NCBI GenBank assembly: GCA_013115125.1
Contig: JABANN010000009.1
Coordinates: 62,001 to 126,000 of the forward strand
DNA: 64,000 nucleotides
Source: Perkinsus olseni
Taxonomy: Eukaryota
Direction of reading: 5' to 3'
The notes beneath the pieces were generated by a model. That model made no database searches. It had not been told where the DNA came from and saw only the letters and a list, made by a program, of their open reading frames with translations. Both the position numbers and the translations under genes were made by a program. Every line of letters starts with the position of its first letter. Positions within the stretch are counted from its first letter, which is position 1. Shown here piece by piece: positions 35,491-48,916 of the stretch.

Positions 35491-36208
35491 GACATCAGAT
35501 GGCTTAATATCTTATTCTATGTTTTGATAATATTATGCTATACAGTTGCAAGCTGGTGAGGGCTAAAATACAAGGGAGAAGTACAGAGTCCAAGGAAGCG
35601 CTGGGAGGCACAGGCAACAAAAGGGAACCCTCAATAGCGGGCGAAACCAGGAACCCAAACAAAATGTAGTTGTGAGCAAAGATAGGAAATTAGGCATATA
35701 ATGATAATTAGTAAACAAATGAGAAACCAAACACCAGTGGGTCTATGAAGTGACCATTCCCGGTCAGCGACCTTCACGCCGCGGTAAGGCACTGGGTTCC
35801 CGAGAGAAGCTCGAGTAAGAACGAAAGGAGTTCTACGTCTTCTTGCTTGGGCCCCTGAAGGAAAGTGCGATGTGATTTCGCGTACGCCATGGTAATCGAT
35901 TATCGGATTAAGGGCCTCTCATCTACGCAGCTGGCCGAGGTTAGAATTCTTTCGAGGTAGTCAAGGAGGCGGCCGCGGTAGGAGGTAGTAGAGGAAGCTA
36001 TCAAAGAGGGTGCTCTCGAGATGGAAATTCTTTGAATCGTGCATGTTAAATTGGAAGGGTGCAGGGCAGTTTACGAATTTTCGTGGTGCGGTTGGATGCG
36101 GAATCCAAGGTTGAAGCATGAAAGATGTAGAATAGGTCGGGTTGAAGGCCACGAGTTGCCTCAGTATTTTCTCTCCCTCCACTTTCTGGGTATTCATTAA
36201 CTAGTCCT

Positions 36209-38924
36209 ATGCCGACCGTGTCTGTCTTCGAGGACGAGCTGAAGGAGGTGTTAGGCCAGGACCTCACGGAAGAGTCCTTCGACCAGCTATGCTTCGAATT
36301 CGGCTTGGAACTCGATGAGGTTACTAGCGAGTACTGACCGGGCGTATCTTTTTCTCCGTGTTCAGCCAAGGTCGACCTTAGATACGAGATGTACACTCGG
36401 GAACGAGGATACGATGCCAAAGAAGCAGACAAGAAGTCCAAGCGTGTCATTTACAAGGTCGACGTCCCCGCCAACCGCTACGATCTTCTGTGTTTAGAAG
36501 GCCTTACTACTGCCCTCAAGGTGACCACCTAGACTGCCACGGCTCTGTAAGCTGACGCTTCCTTCAGGTTTTCAGGGGCCTCACGAAGCCTCCTACCTAC
36601 ACTCTCGACCCTCCGGTGCAAACCAACAAGGCCCTTACCATGACCGTAATAGAGGATAACAGTTGGTGCTCCCGCGTGATTGTAGTACTCGCTCAGGTTT
36701 CTCCCGAGACGGCCCAAGTCCGGCCTTACGTCGTCTGCGCGATCCTGAGAGGCATACAGTTCGACGAGGCTAGGTATCAGAGCTTCATTGACTTGCAGGA
36801 TAAGTTGCATCAGAACATCTGCAGAAGGAGGACGTTGGCGAGCATGGGTATACCCAGTTTGTGATTCGACTTGGGCGAGGAGTGGTATTAGGTACTCATG
36901 ATCTTTCCAAGATCGAGGGTCCCTTCACTTACGATGCCCTTCCGCCGGACTCCTTCACCTTCGTACCCCTCGGCCAGACCGAGGAAATGGACGGCAACAG
37001 GATGATGGAGGTGAGTACCGGTCGTACTGAGTCAATTTTTGAGGGCGTTTGGCAGGTTTTGTCCCATCACCAACAGCTCAAGGCCTATCTGCCGATTATT
37101 AAGGACGCCCCGCTCTACCCTGTCATCAGGGACGCTAAAAAGTGGGGATTCTTTCGACTGGCGCGAAGGAAGTTTTCCTTGGCAGGCGCGTCCTCTCCTT
37201 GCCTCCCATCATCAATTCTGAGTTCTCCAAGATCACTCTCGACACCCGTGATGTCTTCATCGAGTGCACTTGTACTGATTTGACTAAGGGAAAGACCGCG
37301 GTGAACATGCTGGTAATAATTAGAGGCGGGAGAGAAAAAGCAGCATCCCCGTCTGATCAGGTCACTGCCTTCTCGCAATACTCGGCCAAGCCCTTCACCG
37401 TTGAGCCGGTTCCTGTTACGTACTCCGCTGGCCACGCGTCTAAGTGGGCGGGTCGCACGATGGTCACTCCTGACCTCACTTCGAGGGTCATCGAGGTCTC
37501 TGGCTTGAGGCTTCGCAAGGCGCTTGCGATCGAGGACAAGATTGGGGACGAGCAGGTCGCTAGTGATCTCACTAGGATGTAAAAGCGGGATTGTTTTTAC
37601 GATTTTTTCTATTCTCCCTACTTGCAGGTTTTTGCCATCGAAGGTGGTTGATGCCGCTAAGGACACCCTGCAGGTGACCATCCCGGTGACTAGGAGCGAT
37701 GTGATGCACGAGTGTGATCTTATCGAGGATCTTGCAATCTCGTACGTTTCCTCAACGCTGTTGTCTTTGCGGATCCCTTCGTTTGTAGTTACGGTTACAA
37801 CAACCTCGATGCCACTGTCCCTCTCACAGTCACCTTCCCTAAGGAACAGCCTATTAACAGGCTGTCGGATATGATGAGGTAATGCCGCTGCCGGGCTGTC
37901 TGGCGTGGACTGGAGTTCTCTGGACAGGTCCGAGTGCGCAATGGCTGGCTTCTGCGAGTGTCTCACGTGGGTGCTGCTCAACACGAAGGAGAACTATGAT
38001 TACCTCAGAAGGTAGATTGTGGGAATCGAACTATATGTCTTTCGGTGGACGTCGCGGCGGTCTACCACTGGGCTATTATTACCGAACTTAGGGATGTTGA
38101 TCTTGAGCTCACTGGTAAGGAGCCCATCCCCAAGGCCTTCCAGAAACACCCGCCGACCGGTGCTAAGAGCCCCAAGTCGAAGCTCGCCGCTCACGGTACA
38201 ACTCCCCCACCTTCTCGTTTTTCTCCTGAGACTCTCTAACAGATGCCGAATCCCTTTACTACCCCTACGAGATCAACCCTGTCCCGGTGCAGCTGTCCAA
38301 CCCCAAGACCAGAGACTTTGAAATCTGCCGTACGAGTTTGATTCCTTGCCTGCTCAAGGTCCTTCAGTCTAATAAGCACAACCCACCCCCGATTAGACTC
38401 TTCGAGGTACGCGAGAGAGCTCACAGATTTCGCGGTGACTGTTTCCTAGGTTTCCGATGTGGTTATCCAATCGTCTCTTGCGGAGACCGGCGCCCGAAAC
38501 GAGCGGAGACTGGCGGCCCTTATTGCAGGTAGGGCGGTGCTGCTTTTTTTGTACTGATATTAGGGGTCATCCTTAGGTACCAGCAGCGGCTTCGAGACCA
38601 TCCATGGTCTATTGAACCAAATCATGTGGTCGCTCAACCTTGCGGCTGACTTCGAAGAGAATGTTAATAAGAGGGTCCAGAGACGATACCATCTCGAGGA
38701 GATCGGCGATGCTGCGATGTTCCCTGGCCGCCAGGCTAAGGTTATGGTCGGTGACGTTTGCATTGGCATCCTAGGCGTCCTGCATCCTGAGGTAGGATGA
38801 AAGATGTCGGGTGTGGGAATTGAACCTGGGTGCCTTTTAGGTGTTGGAGCACTTCGACATGAGTTTCCCTGCTTCGGTCCTCGAGATTACTTTGGAGCCA
38901 TTCCTCGAGTGGCTGAGGGAGTAG
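36209..38924 (+). CDS. FARSB: phenylalanine--tRNA ligase beta subunit (spliced)
   Basis: MPTVSV...[14 protein letters not shown] / [16 protein letters not shown] / [29 protein letters not shown] / [15 protein letters not shown] / [25 protein letters not shown] / [10 protein letters not shown] / GILGVLHPE / ...[10 protein letters not shown]. Confidence 0.97.
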
Positions 38925-39070
38925 AAAACCCATTGGACCATTCTTCCTCCCGAGCTGGTTTCTCCACCCTTCACCCGGCTCTTGGGTTGTCTCAGCAGCT
39001 TCCAAAATCGGTCCGTAAATTGACCGCACAGGCGTCCTAGTTTTCTCTGTTCGCCGTCCTCCTCTGCCAC

Positions 39071-42000
39071 ATGCTCCCACCTCCGCCTGGCATGGGGTTC
39101 CCGCCGCCCAATCCCGGCTTCGGATCAGCACCGGGAGGCTTCCAGCTCCCAACGACAGACCAGCAACAACAACAGCAGCAGCAGCAACAGTTCCTCCCTC
39201 CCCCTCCGGGGGGCCTCGGCCCTCCACCCGGCGGACCGAGTCCGTTCCCTGGCGCTCCACAAGGTGGAGGCCTCCCCCCAATGCCGGGGATGATGCCGGG
39301 AATGATACCTGGGGTGCCTCCCATGCCCATGGGTGAGTCTTTTTGAATGGATGTGTTGTATAGGAAAGGGAGGTGTTCGATAGACTGCGGCCTCTCCTGA
39401 ATTTCTGAGCCGCTCCCAGGACCGAATTTACCATGTGGGAGACCATTCTGGTGGCGCTTCGCAACTCAGAATAGACAGTCTTTTGAATACTCGGAAAGTT
39501 TCTGAGTTCTCGCCAGAAGCTCGGCACAGGATGGATCAGCTAACAATCATCCCAAGCTGCCTTCCTGCGACCCATCTTTAGATAGCGCTATATCGTCTCT
39601 ATAGGGCTTCCACGTTAGCGTAGCGAAAGTCTCGTTGTTTCAGAGATCCCTGGACTACCCCAACCGCCGGCTCCGCCACCAGCTCTGTTCGGCGCCATGC
39701 CCCCTGCTGCTGGGAATCCCGCGGCCATGTTCCCTCCCGTCCTCCAGCGTCCGCCGACACCTGCAGCACCAGTAGAAGGCGGCAGCAGCGGTACCACGAT
39801 TGAACTGAAGGAGGTCAGAACGACCATCAAAAGGGAGACATGCCGGGCTTATGTTGGCAGACTGTGCGTAGACATCAGCGACTCTGTCGTGAGGAAACTG
39901 CTGGATCAATGCGGCACCGGTAAGAGAAGGGGTCGTCGCTCGCCGCTGCCTGACGTCCGCTGTCAGTTGTCAACTGGAGTCGCCAAGTGGACCCGTCTAC
40001 GGGAAAGGCGCTGAACTTCGGCTACTGTGAGTTCGCTGACGCTGGAGGAGTCTGGAGGGCCATCGAGCTGCTGGACGGCCGTGAGCTTGGAGGGAAGAGT
40101 ATCTTGGTGAAGTGTGACGAACGAGCTCAGAAACTTGTGGATGACTATACTGCAAGGGTAGCTCTCTTGCAGTAGACTGTTGGGTGATGGACGGCTGTGT
40201 TTAGGAGGATATCGATATCAAGCGGGAGAAGGAGACGGCGGCGGCTGTGGAGGCTTTGGTTACCGAGGCAAATAAGGAATGGAAGGAGAAACTGGAGAGG
40301 GATAAGACGGCATCTTCTAGGGTGCGCACAGCGAAGGTTTAGTGTGGAGAATCTTGACTTCCTTGCCTTCAGGAAGCATCGAGAGCTCGAGGCGACAGGA
40401 AGAGCCGGGCGTCTTCCGAGGGTCGTAGTACGCGGGAGGATACCGGAGCGGCTGTATCGGCTCTCTCTAAGCGCTATCGCGACTCCGCCCGGGAGATGGC
40501 GAGGCTCAGGCGTAGGGCTGACCTCAGGGAATCTATCAGGAAAGAGTAGTCTCTTCGATTGTCGGCGGGCCGGGAGTTGAAGGCCCTGGTAGGTACAAGA
40601 GACGGAAGGGTAATTGGGAGAGGACGGAGCGAGAGAGAGAAATCGAATCTGAGAGGCAGAACGATGAGGAGATGCAGGAGGAAAGCGAGAGGTTCGAGCT
40701 CATCGATCAGGTAGCACTAACTGGCAGCGGTACGCTGGGGGCTTAGGGTGTGATACAATGGCCGGGAAAATCTACCGATGGCACCATCTTGGTGTTTTTG
40801 TATTTTTCCTCGAATGCTTGTGGTCAGGACGGTAACCCGAACGAAGGCCCAGTGCGGTGCTCGAGGCGGCTGGATAGGAGAAGGGAGGAGGAGCTCGATG
40901 ATGAGTAGTGTTAGCGTGGATCCAGGCAAACCTGAATGTGTGGGCATTTGAGAATTTTATCGTCTCAGAGATCGCGCCAAGGAGGCTCGGGAGGTGAAGG
41001 AAGAAGAAGAAAAGCGACGAAAGGAAGAGGAAGAACGGAAACGGCGGGAAGAGGAGGCCAGACGGCAGCTCCTGGAGGAGATGCAGGAGCTGAGAAGACG
41101 GAAAAAACAGAGCGCTGATCAGCGATCGCGGATGGGCTTTGGTGGCGAACCGGAGCGGAAGAGCGGTAGTAAATACTATTCCCGAATACTATTGCTAGTT
41201 TGAAAATGGCTGTATTACTCACGCTGGAAGTCGTCGGGAATGGATTCCCCAGTCACTTGGATCAGCGGAAGTAGTTTCCTGCTGCTGGAGTTTTTACTGG
41301 CTATAGTCGCTATAGCTATCTGTGGTTACACGCTGGTGTGTCTCATCATTTTCGTCAAAATTTGAAAACTCCATCTGCCATTTTAAGTGAATCTGCGGCA
41401 GCTAACGGCATTCCTTTCAGGTTCCTCGATCGAGAAAACCAAGGAGATGTTCGCCCAAGCCAAGGCTGAGGACCATGCTCGCCAACGACAAGTTGAACGT
41501 GGGAAATAGCGTTTTCGAGCGCGTTCGTGACTGTACTGTTTTCAGCTCCTCGGGATCCTGCGGCTAAGGAGGCGGCGCTGCGACAATCTCAGGCACTCCT
41601 CCGGGCTATGCCCAGATCGAGGTGAGAAGGTCCGGCGTCCCTCGGGATTGATGCGCCTTCTCAGGAATGAAATTATGGACTTCGAACTCGACTGGCACGC
41701 TCTGAAGGAGTGTGATGTCCTTCGGTTGCAGCTCAAGCCGTGGCTGGAGAAGAAGCTGACGGAATACTTTGGTAATAGAAGTGGTTGTTCTGGGGGAATC
41801 ATCGCATGGTCTTGTCACAGGGTATCTGTTTCCCTTCCTTTTTGCGATTCAGTCGTCGCAGTCTTCTCTTCTTAGGTGTCATGGAGCCTCGTATGCTGAA
41901 TCTGATTTTGGAGCGGATGGACGCCGAGACGCCGGTCCAGCAGTGCATTACTGACCTCAAGCCCTTCCTGGATGACGAAACTGAGGTACGAGAGCTACTC

Positions 42001-42348
42001 TCTGGGAGGGCTGATCGGAAATGAATCTGTTCTCGAGGATGCCGAGGACTTCTCTGGCAACCAGGCCATCGAACATTCGGCTGGATGTCTCATGGACGAG
42101 CGATGTTGGCTTCTTTCTCTCTCACGGAAGAGAATACTCCTTTACCATGATGAAATTGATTTGATTGAGGAAATATTGTGATTATTTTTTTGTTGTTTCA
42201 GACCTTCGTTTTGAAGATGTGGAAGCTGTTAATATACAAGCACATGCAAATCTGCGGAGTCCCTCAGGAGCCGCGCCACGACTCCCCTCCTCGCCGTTCA
42301 CGACGATCCAGTCGGAGCCGCAGCAGGGAGAGGAGCCGCCGGCACTAG
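39071..42348 (+). CDS. RBM25: RBM25/Snu71-like splicing factor (Pro-rich, RRM, RE-rich coil, PWI)
   Basis: Pro-rich N-terminus; RRM AYVGRL...LLDQCG / DPSTGKALNFGYCEF; E/R-rich exons; PWI LKPWLEKKLTEYFG/VMEP...FLDDETE/TFVLKMWKLLIY; RS tail. Confidence 0.9.
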
Positions 42349-42453
42349 TTCGGGAAACTATCTAGACGGCGAGATGATCTCTCAAGGTTGGTCACAGTAC
42401 TCTGTATCATTACTATTCTTACTACCGTCGCGGCCGCCGCGGATGGGGTCCCG

Positions 42454-43607
42454 ATGAGGCCGACCAAGCTGCATTGTTATGGACGTTTAAGACAGCTCTG
42501 GTGGTGTTCTTGTGTTCTCTAGTGTCAATGGTTCGAGCTCTAAAGTGCATTGAATTCCCTTCCACAATTCGGCAGCAGCGAGACGACGATGATGGCGGAG
42601 TGAAAAAAGGCGGAGCGATGCGGCGTATGTCTGAGCCGACGACTCTTCGGTACTCCGTGTCCGCTATGGAAGCAGCAGAGTAGTGGGGGCCGTTCTACTA
42701 CGGATGGTGTGGTATTGTGTTTGGCAGGTGCGAGTCTACCTCTGGCGAGACGATGGAACGGGGGGCTGCTTGTAGTGGTAGTAGTAGCGGCAGTACCTTC
42801 TCGTGCATGGTGAAGCTCGCAAGCGGCATGAGCAGTCAGAGTGGAAGGGCGTACTATGGTAAAGAGGAAGTTGACGATCTTATCGATCTCATGGGTGGGT
42901 TTGGCGGAGGGTTCGACCTCCTTGCCTCTGACAGCCTCCGCGGGGGGAGATGGTGAAGTTCAGTGCTCTGTATTTGCCACGCTGACGCAGCCAGACCGCA
43001 CTTTTTGCGTTTGGCGTGGTACCAGCGTCCACAGCCAAATCGAGTCCGAATTTTGTGAAGGCAATCTTCGGCCAATTTATTCTACCCACACTGTACCGGC
43101 CCGAACTGCCATTCGGGTTAGGCGTGGAAGGGTCTAGCCAGCATTTGTCCTTCAGAATGCGAGATGGAGTCTCTCGAGTGTGATGTGGAGTACTGGAAAA
43201 CGCTCTTCAACCAGAGCCAGGACGAGCTCAACTACCACAAAACTCTCGTGGACAATCTCGAACAAGAGGTTCGAAAAATTAAAGCCGTAATATAATTTCG
43301 TGGCGCGCGACAAAAATCCCCTCCCTGTGTTCAGGACACCAGCGCTTCACCGGATGACGACCAGCCGCCCTCCTTGCAGAAGTAAGTTCGAGATTCACCG
43401 GTGCTGATGATCGCCGGATGTCAGCTCCTCGGCGGACCGTTCGAGCGTCGCGAGTTCCTGCAGCAGTGGCAGCGCCCTGAGTCGGACGTTCAACGGCAGC
43501 TCTCGTACAGTACTCTCCCATTCGGCGGCATCTTCGCGGCCTGTGAGCCTGAGGTCGTCGCCGAGCACCTCACCGGAGCGGAGGCGCCAGCGGGCAGCCC
43601 GAAATAA
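42454..43607 (+). CDS. hypothetical spliced protein with a short coiled coil
   Basis: Exons RDDDDGGVKKGG...; EMESLECDVEYWKTLFNQSQDELNYHKTLVDNLEQE; LLGGPFERREFLQQWQ...AGSPK*. Confidence 0.5.
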
Positions 43608-44048
43608 GAGTATTAGACTGATTCGCCTTGGTCGGAAGAAGAGCGCGGCGCAGAAGAGTGTCGATAAAGGCGGAAGTAAGAGGCTTCTTCATGGCGTGCT
43701 GGGGGTGGTCCTTGGCAAGCTTAGTGCTATGGTAATTTCGTACATTCAGAGTACATCATAGAGTACTTTAGAGAGATTATATAGCCGTAGGGGGAAATGT
43801 GGTATAATAGAGCATAGCAGTGCACATGTTTTTATCTCGTCAGAAGGGGGTTGATCTTTGTCTAGCTTGAGCTTAAGGTACCCGTGAGCGACGGCCAAGT
43901 TGAATCATTTTCATTCGCTGCCAAGAGCCTTTGAAAGTCTCTTACTTTACTGGAATGAATGTTAGTCGAAGAGTGCCGAAACCGCGCGAAGAACCACGCA
44001 AAGAACCACGCAAACTTGCGTGGTGGTCTTGAACCTGCAGCGTACATC

Positions 44049-45039
44049 ATGAATGGGAGTCTCTGCAGCAACCCTCTTGTCCCCTTCCTTCCCTCAGACT
44101 CTTCCCAGGGAAACTTCCTCACCGGCGCCTTCGGTCTACTAAAGCGGATCGCCGGCCACACCTCCTCTGAGAAGTGAGTTGCCTTCGTCACTCTGGTCTG
44201 CATTCGTCGCCAGGACAAGTCCGAAGAAGTCTCGCGATCGCCGCAGCAGCAGAGGATCTTCATAGTCCGCCTACCATTTGTTACACTTTTGTACCCTACT
44301 ATTCATTGTTAAAGTTGCTGATAGCTAACGTCGTTGCATGACTGTGCACTCGAGAACGCCGAGCTCTCCGAACTGACTGAGCTCGAGACCGGGAGAAGGT
44401 GTCGGGTTCGCTCAATTCAACGGCGGGTCGACTGGATGTAGAGTGCGGAGCTGGTATGTGTGAGTAGGGAAAGATGTGGTACCACTGTGGCGCTGAGCAG
44501 CTTTTAGTGAAGAAGGAAAGTGTGATGTTCTTCATCCATCGGGTGGCCAATGCCGTGACTATGATGTACAACGAGGCGGATGAACTCACCGTCTGCCACT
44601 TTATAAGGTCAGTCCAGCTCCGAAAGAGCTCGGAGCACTTCCTTTCGGCAGACCCAAGGAGCGAGCTAAGATACTTGAAGGATTAGCAGACCAGAGTGAC
44701 CAGGCTGAGCCTCATGACGGGCAGGAATCGTCACATCAGGCGCCTGGTGAGGAAACTATTTCTTTAAGACGTGACATTGGATGAGAATCTGTTCGACCTT
44801 AGAGCAGCGGGAAGTGCTCGTGACGGGCGAGGGAAGAGTTCTTCCGACATCACCAAGTCCTGTGAGTGTCGGTGGTGGGGTGGTACAGCCAAGCTCACCG
44901 GCTCACGGTTAGGGCGAAGGAGGTGAAGTGGAAACGACTGAGTCGCCTTCAGATGAAGATGCTCAGCGAACCCTGAGTCCTATTGAGAGCTCCCCGGCAG
45001 CCTTGGAGGAGCGAGGATCGCCGAGTAGACCAGCGTGAA
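44049..45039 (+). CDS. hypothetical spliced protein
   Basis: Short exon-like frames bounded by GT/AG (MNGSLCSNPLVPF...; GKMWYHCGAEQLLVKKESVMFFIHRVANAVTMMYNEADELTVCHFIR); end uncertain. Confidence 0.35.
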
Positions 45040-45239
45040 TAATATCACGACGAGAGCATGCTTAGTTTGGGGCAGTGACGCACTCAAGCACATTACTGAT
45101 GGGAATCTTGGTGGTTACTCTTGCTTGTTGCAAGTATGATGATTCTCCTTTTGGCTACTGTAGTTGAATTACTAGTCACAAGGGGACGGAACAAGGAAAA
45201 TGTCGGATGGTATCTTCCTCGTAGCCGAGAAGTTACCAA

Positions 45240-45670
45240 ATGGACCCTTCATCGTCATCCCCTGCCTCTTCCGGCAGTCGCAGCAGCAGTCCAGCAAGAG
45301 GGTACCACTCCACGCCCTCATCCTCCTCGGCGGATGACACCAGCGAGGTTGGCTTCACGTTCGAGGAGTACGAGCGCGAGGCTGAGAACGTTCTCAAGGG
45401 AATCTTCAGTACTGCAGAAAAGATCATCAACGAAGAGGAGGGGAGCTTTGGAGAAGGTGAGAAGCCTGGTCGGAGCCCCCACAGCAGCTCGCGGTTGATC
45501 CAGGTCTAGACGAAGCACTCCTACCCGTCGTGAAGGAGATCGAAGCTCTGTAGGTGGCTTCTGATTGGTTCTGTTGAATACCTTTGTTTTTCAAGGTACC
45601 GGAGAAACCATCATCTAGTGCTCTCATCGACTGCAGCTCCCGGCTCGTGACGATTACCATTAGTGCATGA
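45240..45670 (+). CDS. small Ser-rich hypothetical protein
   Basis: MDPSSSSPASSGSRSSSP...FEEYEREAENVLKGIFSTAEKIINEEE with coding-like composition; 3' exons uncertain. Confidence 0.4.
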
Positions 45671-45745
45671 AGGTTTACGATTTCTGAATTCATCGTTGCG
45701 TCGGGTCAGTGGGCATAGGAAAATGTACTGATGCTGCTCCGAGGA

Positions 45746-45767
45746 AGTGATGTCATCACTGTGATGA
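45746..45767. mobile_element. putative excision footprint, site AGTGATGA
   Basis: A-GTGATG-T-CATCAC-T-GTGATG-A, perfect. Confidence 0.75.
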
Positions 45768-46588
45768 CCTCCAGCGCGGAGAATTCTCGATAGAATCTCG
45801 GAAGATTTCGATGATGCTATGCGGGACCGTTCACGTTACGGTATACTCCTTTACCAAAAGAAAGACCGCAGAGAATCGTGATGATAAAACTCCGGGGCGA
45901 TGTGATGCGATTTTTATGTGCAACGGAAAGTGTATAAAAGCCGCCTTACTACCCGGGAGTTTGGGAGAGGTGGAACGCAGGAGTGACGGCGGAAATACCT
46001 GAACCGTCACAACTGCGTGACACGAGGCGGGGGACCGTGCACTCATCCTAGAGCAACATGAAACGACACGTAGAGCATTTCACGTGACACGTAGCGATGG
46101 TAGCTATTTCACGCCTGTCCGAGTGACGCTCGCCGCGCCGTGAAGTGCCGGTATCCGGTCTCCTCCCGGGTGGTAGAGGGTGGGTCCGAAACAGAGACGT
46201 GTCAGAGAGGCACAAATCTAAGCAACAGACGAATATATGCCGACTTCGTTGGCCATATGAACGCGACACCCAAAGCGGTCGACGAAACAGTTGTGTACAC
46301 AATTGCACGCACAAGGATCAACTCCCGGGCGCACCGCTATTTTACGCTACGCGCGACCTGTTGCTCTCCACATAAGAATCACATGAAATATTGTTAAACG
46401 CCAATAAACTCGTGAAAAGAAGAGGAATAAGACCTAATCTCCCAGGCTGGATTGTTTCCAGCCGTGACAAGCCACGACGGGCTGTGAACTCACGCATGCA
46501 TGAAGACAAGATGCAACCATCTTGGAATGGAGAACTGCTGAATGAACTCAACACGCCCGCGCAGCCGAGAATGAATTAATTAGACGTG

Positions 46589-48916
46589 CTACAGTGTACG
46601 ACGGCTTCTTTTGGCTTTGCTAGCGATGGACTCTCTGTCGGTGGGCGGACGCTTCCGAGTGTTCACCTCCTCAGTGTCCATCTCTTGTGGAACTATATGA
46701 ATCACCACGGCAGTGAGATTGTCGTCAGAGAGGAGCTCATAGGCTCGACGAACAACTCGAAGCGCGCATGCATCAGGTCGAATGAGGGTCAACGGTGACG
46801 GAGGGGCAAGCAACGAGGCTACCTGGGCACGAAGACACTCCCTTAGGGAAGAACGACTACCGCTGTCGGCGAGCCGCAGTGGTAACAGTAGCGATGCACT
46901 TGCACGAAGAAGATGAAATTTTCTGCCTCCACTAGGGAATCGTGAATTCACATGCAGAGACTGCAGCAACTCACCAGGTTATCTGACTGGACGTCGAACA
47001 CGCCGTCCGATGCCAAGACGACGGATCGATCCACGGCGGGGTCGAGGTCGTACACCTTGACTTCGGGATGATTATTGATGACCGTACGAGGGGCCTTCAG
47101 AGGGAGGTCGCCCAACGACCGCGACACGGCGAGGCCCCATTGAAGCACCTACGGCAGACAGCACTGAGCAGGGAGCAGTTCGGCTGAGCCGTGGTACCTT
47201 GTCACCAACAACGACAGTTTCCGGAGTGAAGACTCGCCAGGTGCCGTTGATCTCGATTACGATTCCTCCTTTGCTTTGGACCCAGCGCCGTTCATCCTCC
47301 CGATTGGGTTTGTGGTCCTCCGTCAATCTCACGCATTTCGTACCGTCGCCCTTGACGAGGACAGCCCGGGAATCTCCCGCGTGCGCGACGAGCATCTTCA
47401 GCCGCTCCGCTGAGTCAGTCCACATGATCACCACCAACGCCGTGCTGCCTGAGCGAAATCCAAGTTGGCCGAGTCGCCGCCGAGACGTACCATCAGGAAC
47501 GCCTTCAGCGGATGCAATGGCCAAGAAATCATCATCAGTAAGTACGAACGCTTGATGAACACTATCCTGAAGCCGCTGTTCGAATGGGGTGGCGGTATCT
47601 TTGGCTGCGAGGCAGTGAGATATGTTCTCGCCAATATGAGCAACCTGATTAGCGAGAAACTGTTGCTTCTACGTTGTTGCTTATGGTCGAGGCAAGACGA
47701 GAAGGAGTGTAGAATCTATTCTCTTCTCCTTTCAAGCTTACTCCTCCGAGGGGAATCAGCTATGCACGCATACACAAGGCGATCGGCGCATAATGAGTAA
47801 CAGAAACACATGGAGACTCACAGTTGGCGAAGCATGCAAGGGAAACGCAGCACGCCTCGGGAATTACCAAGTAGTCGGCGCACGCTGGGCCGCTGTGACC
47901 ATCGAAGACGGCAACACCGTGCACTGGGGGATCCGTCCCCGGGGTAACGAGAGACAAGTCCAGCACGAACCTTGCAGTGGCACGGAACGAATGCTGTATA
48001 AAACGCCAGCCGAGAGAGTTTCTCTCAGCAACGCTGCTGCTGGATAATCGGGAGTTATTGTGTTTGGCGGTAGTGCTCTTACCTGTCCTCATTGGCCCTC
48101 TTATTCCCCTTCCACGTCTCAGCTCCGAGCCATATTTTCATTCCAGGATCTCCGAGGCGTATAAGCTTGGGAGCGCCGTCACTGACGCCCGTCTCGCTCA
48201 GCGCTTTCAACTGCTCGGCGTGAGCATGGACGGAGCCGGCGTGATCGACGTGAGTGGTAGTCGACGACCGCAGACGCTCCTCGAATTTCTCTTGCAACGA
48301 CCCTATCAGGGAGCCCAGTCGGACAGGTTGAAGCTTCTGGAGTCACCCAAAGCAGCCTCAGCTTGCTGAAGGGTCCACTCCAACTTCTGCCGTCTCGCCG
48401 CCAAAGAAGAGCCCTCTGTAGTCTCCTCTGTCGCAGCGTCGCCGTGGTTCAAGCTCGTCGGGAAGTTCTCAAGGGCAGCACGCGTGCCTATGATTGTCTG
48501 GCGTAATTCTAACCGGCGCGAGAGGGTTTCTTGGTCGAGTTTCTGAGAGCATTTGGTGACCGTTCGAACAGAAGCGAAGCTCGTCAGAAGACACTCTCCC
48601 TCTGGGAGTACAATACTATATAAAATGATATAAATAATAATCTATAATAATAAAACTACTTCCCTCTGGAAGTATTACCCACCATCCCGGCCCACCTCCA
48701 AATTCGCTCTGTGCAGATCGGATACTTCCTCGTGCCTTCGCAAGTGTTCGAGATCAGCGAAGCGTCGACGGCACAAGTAACAGACCATTCGAGCGGCCTT
48801 AGCGGTCTCTGAAAGTAACCGTTCAGGGGCAGCCCCTCGAAGGAGGGGCTACCTCCCCCTGTGGACTTCGCGTCTGTTGCAACTCGTTCCACCGGGGTTG
48901 CCTCCGCTGCTGGCAT
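46589..48916 (-). CDS. PPM/PP2C-family protein phosphatase (spliced)
   Basis: KGNKRANEDR, VAVFDGHSG, DG/STA, AHAGDSRAVL, LTEDHKP, GLAVSRSLGD, VVLASDGVFD, SDDNLTAVV motifs in order. Confidence 0.95.

Noticed and set aside
37115-37984. 289-aa minus-strand ORF
   Set aside because: Antisense shadow of PheRS beta exons and introns, no domain features
38742-39527. 261-aa minus-strand ORF
   Set aside because: Antisense to the PheRS beta end and the GC-rich first exon of the RBM25-like gene
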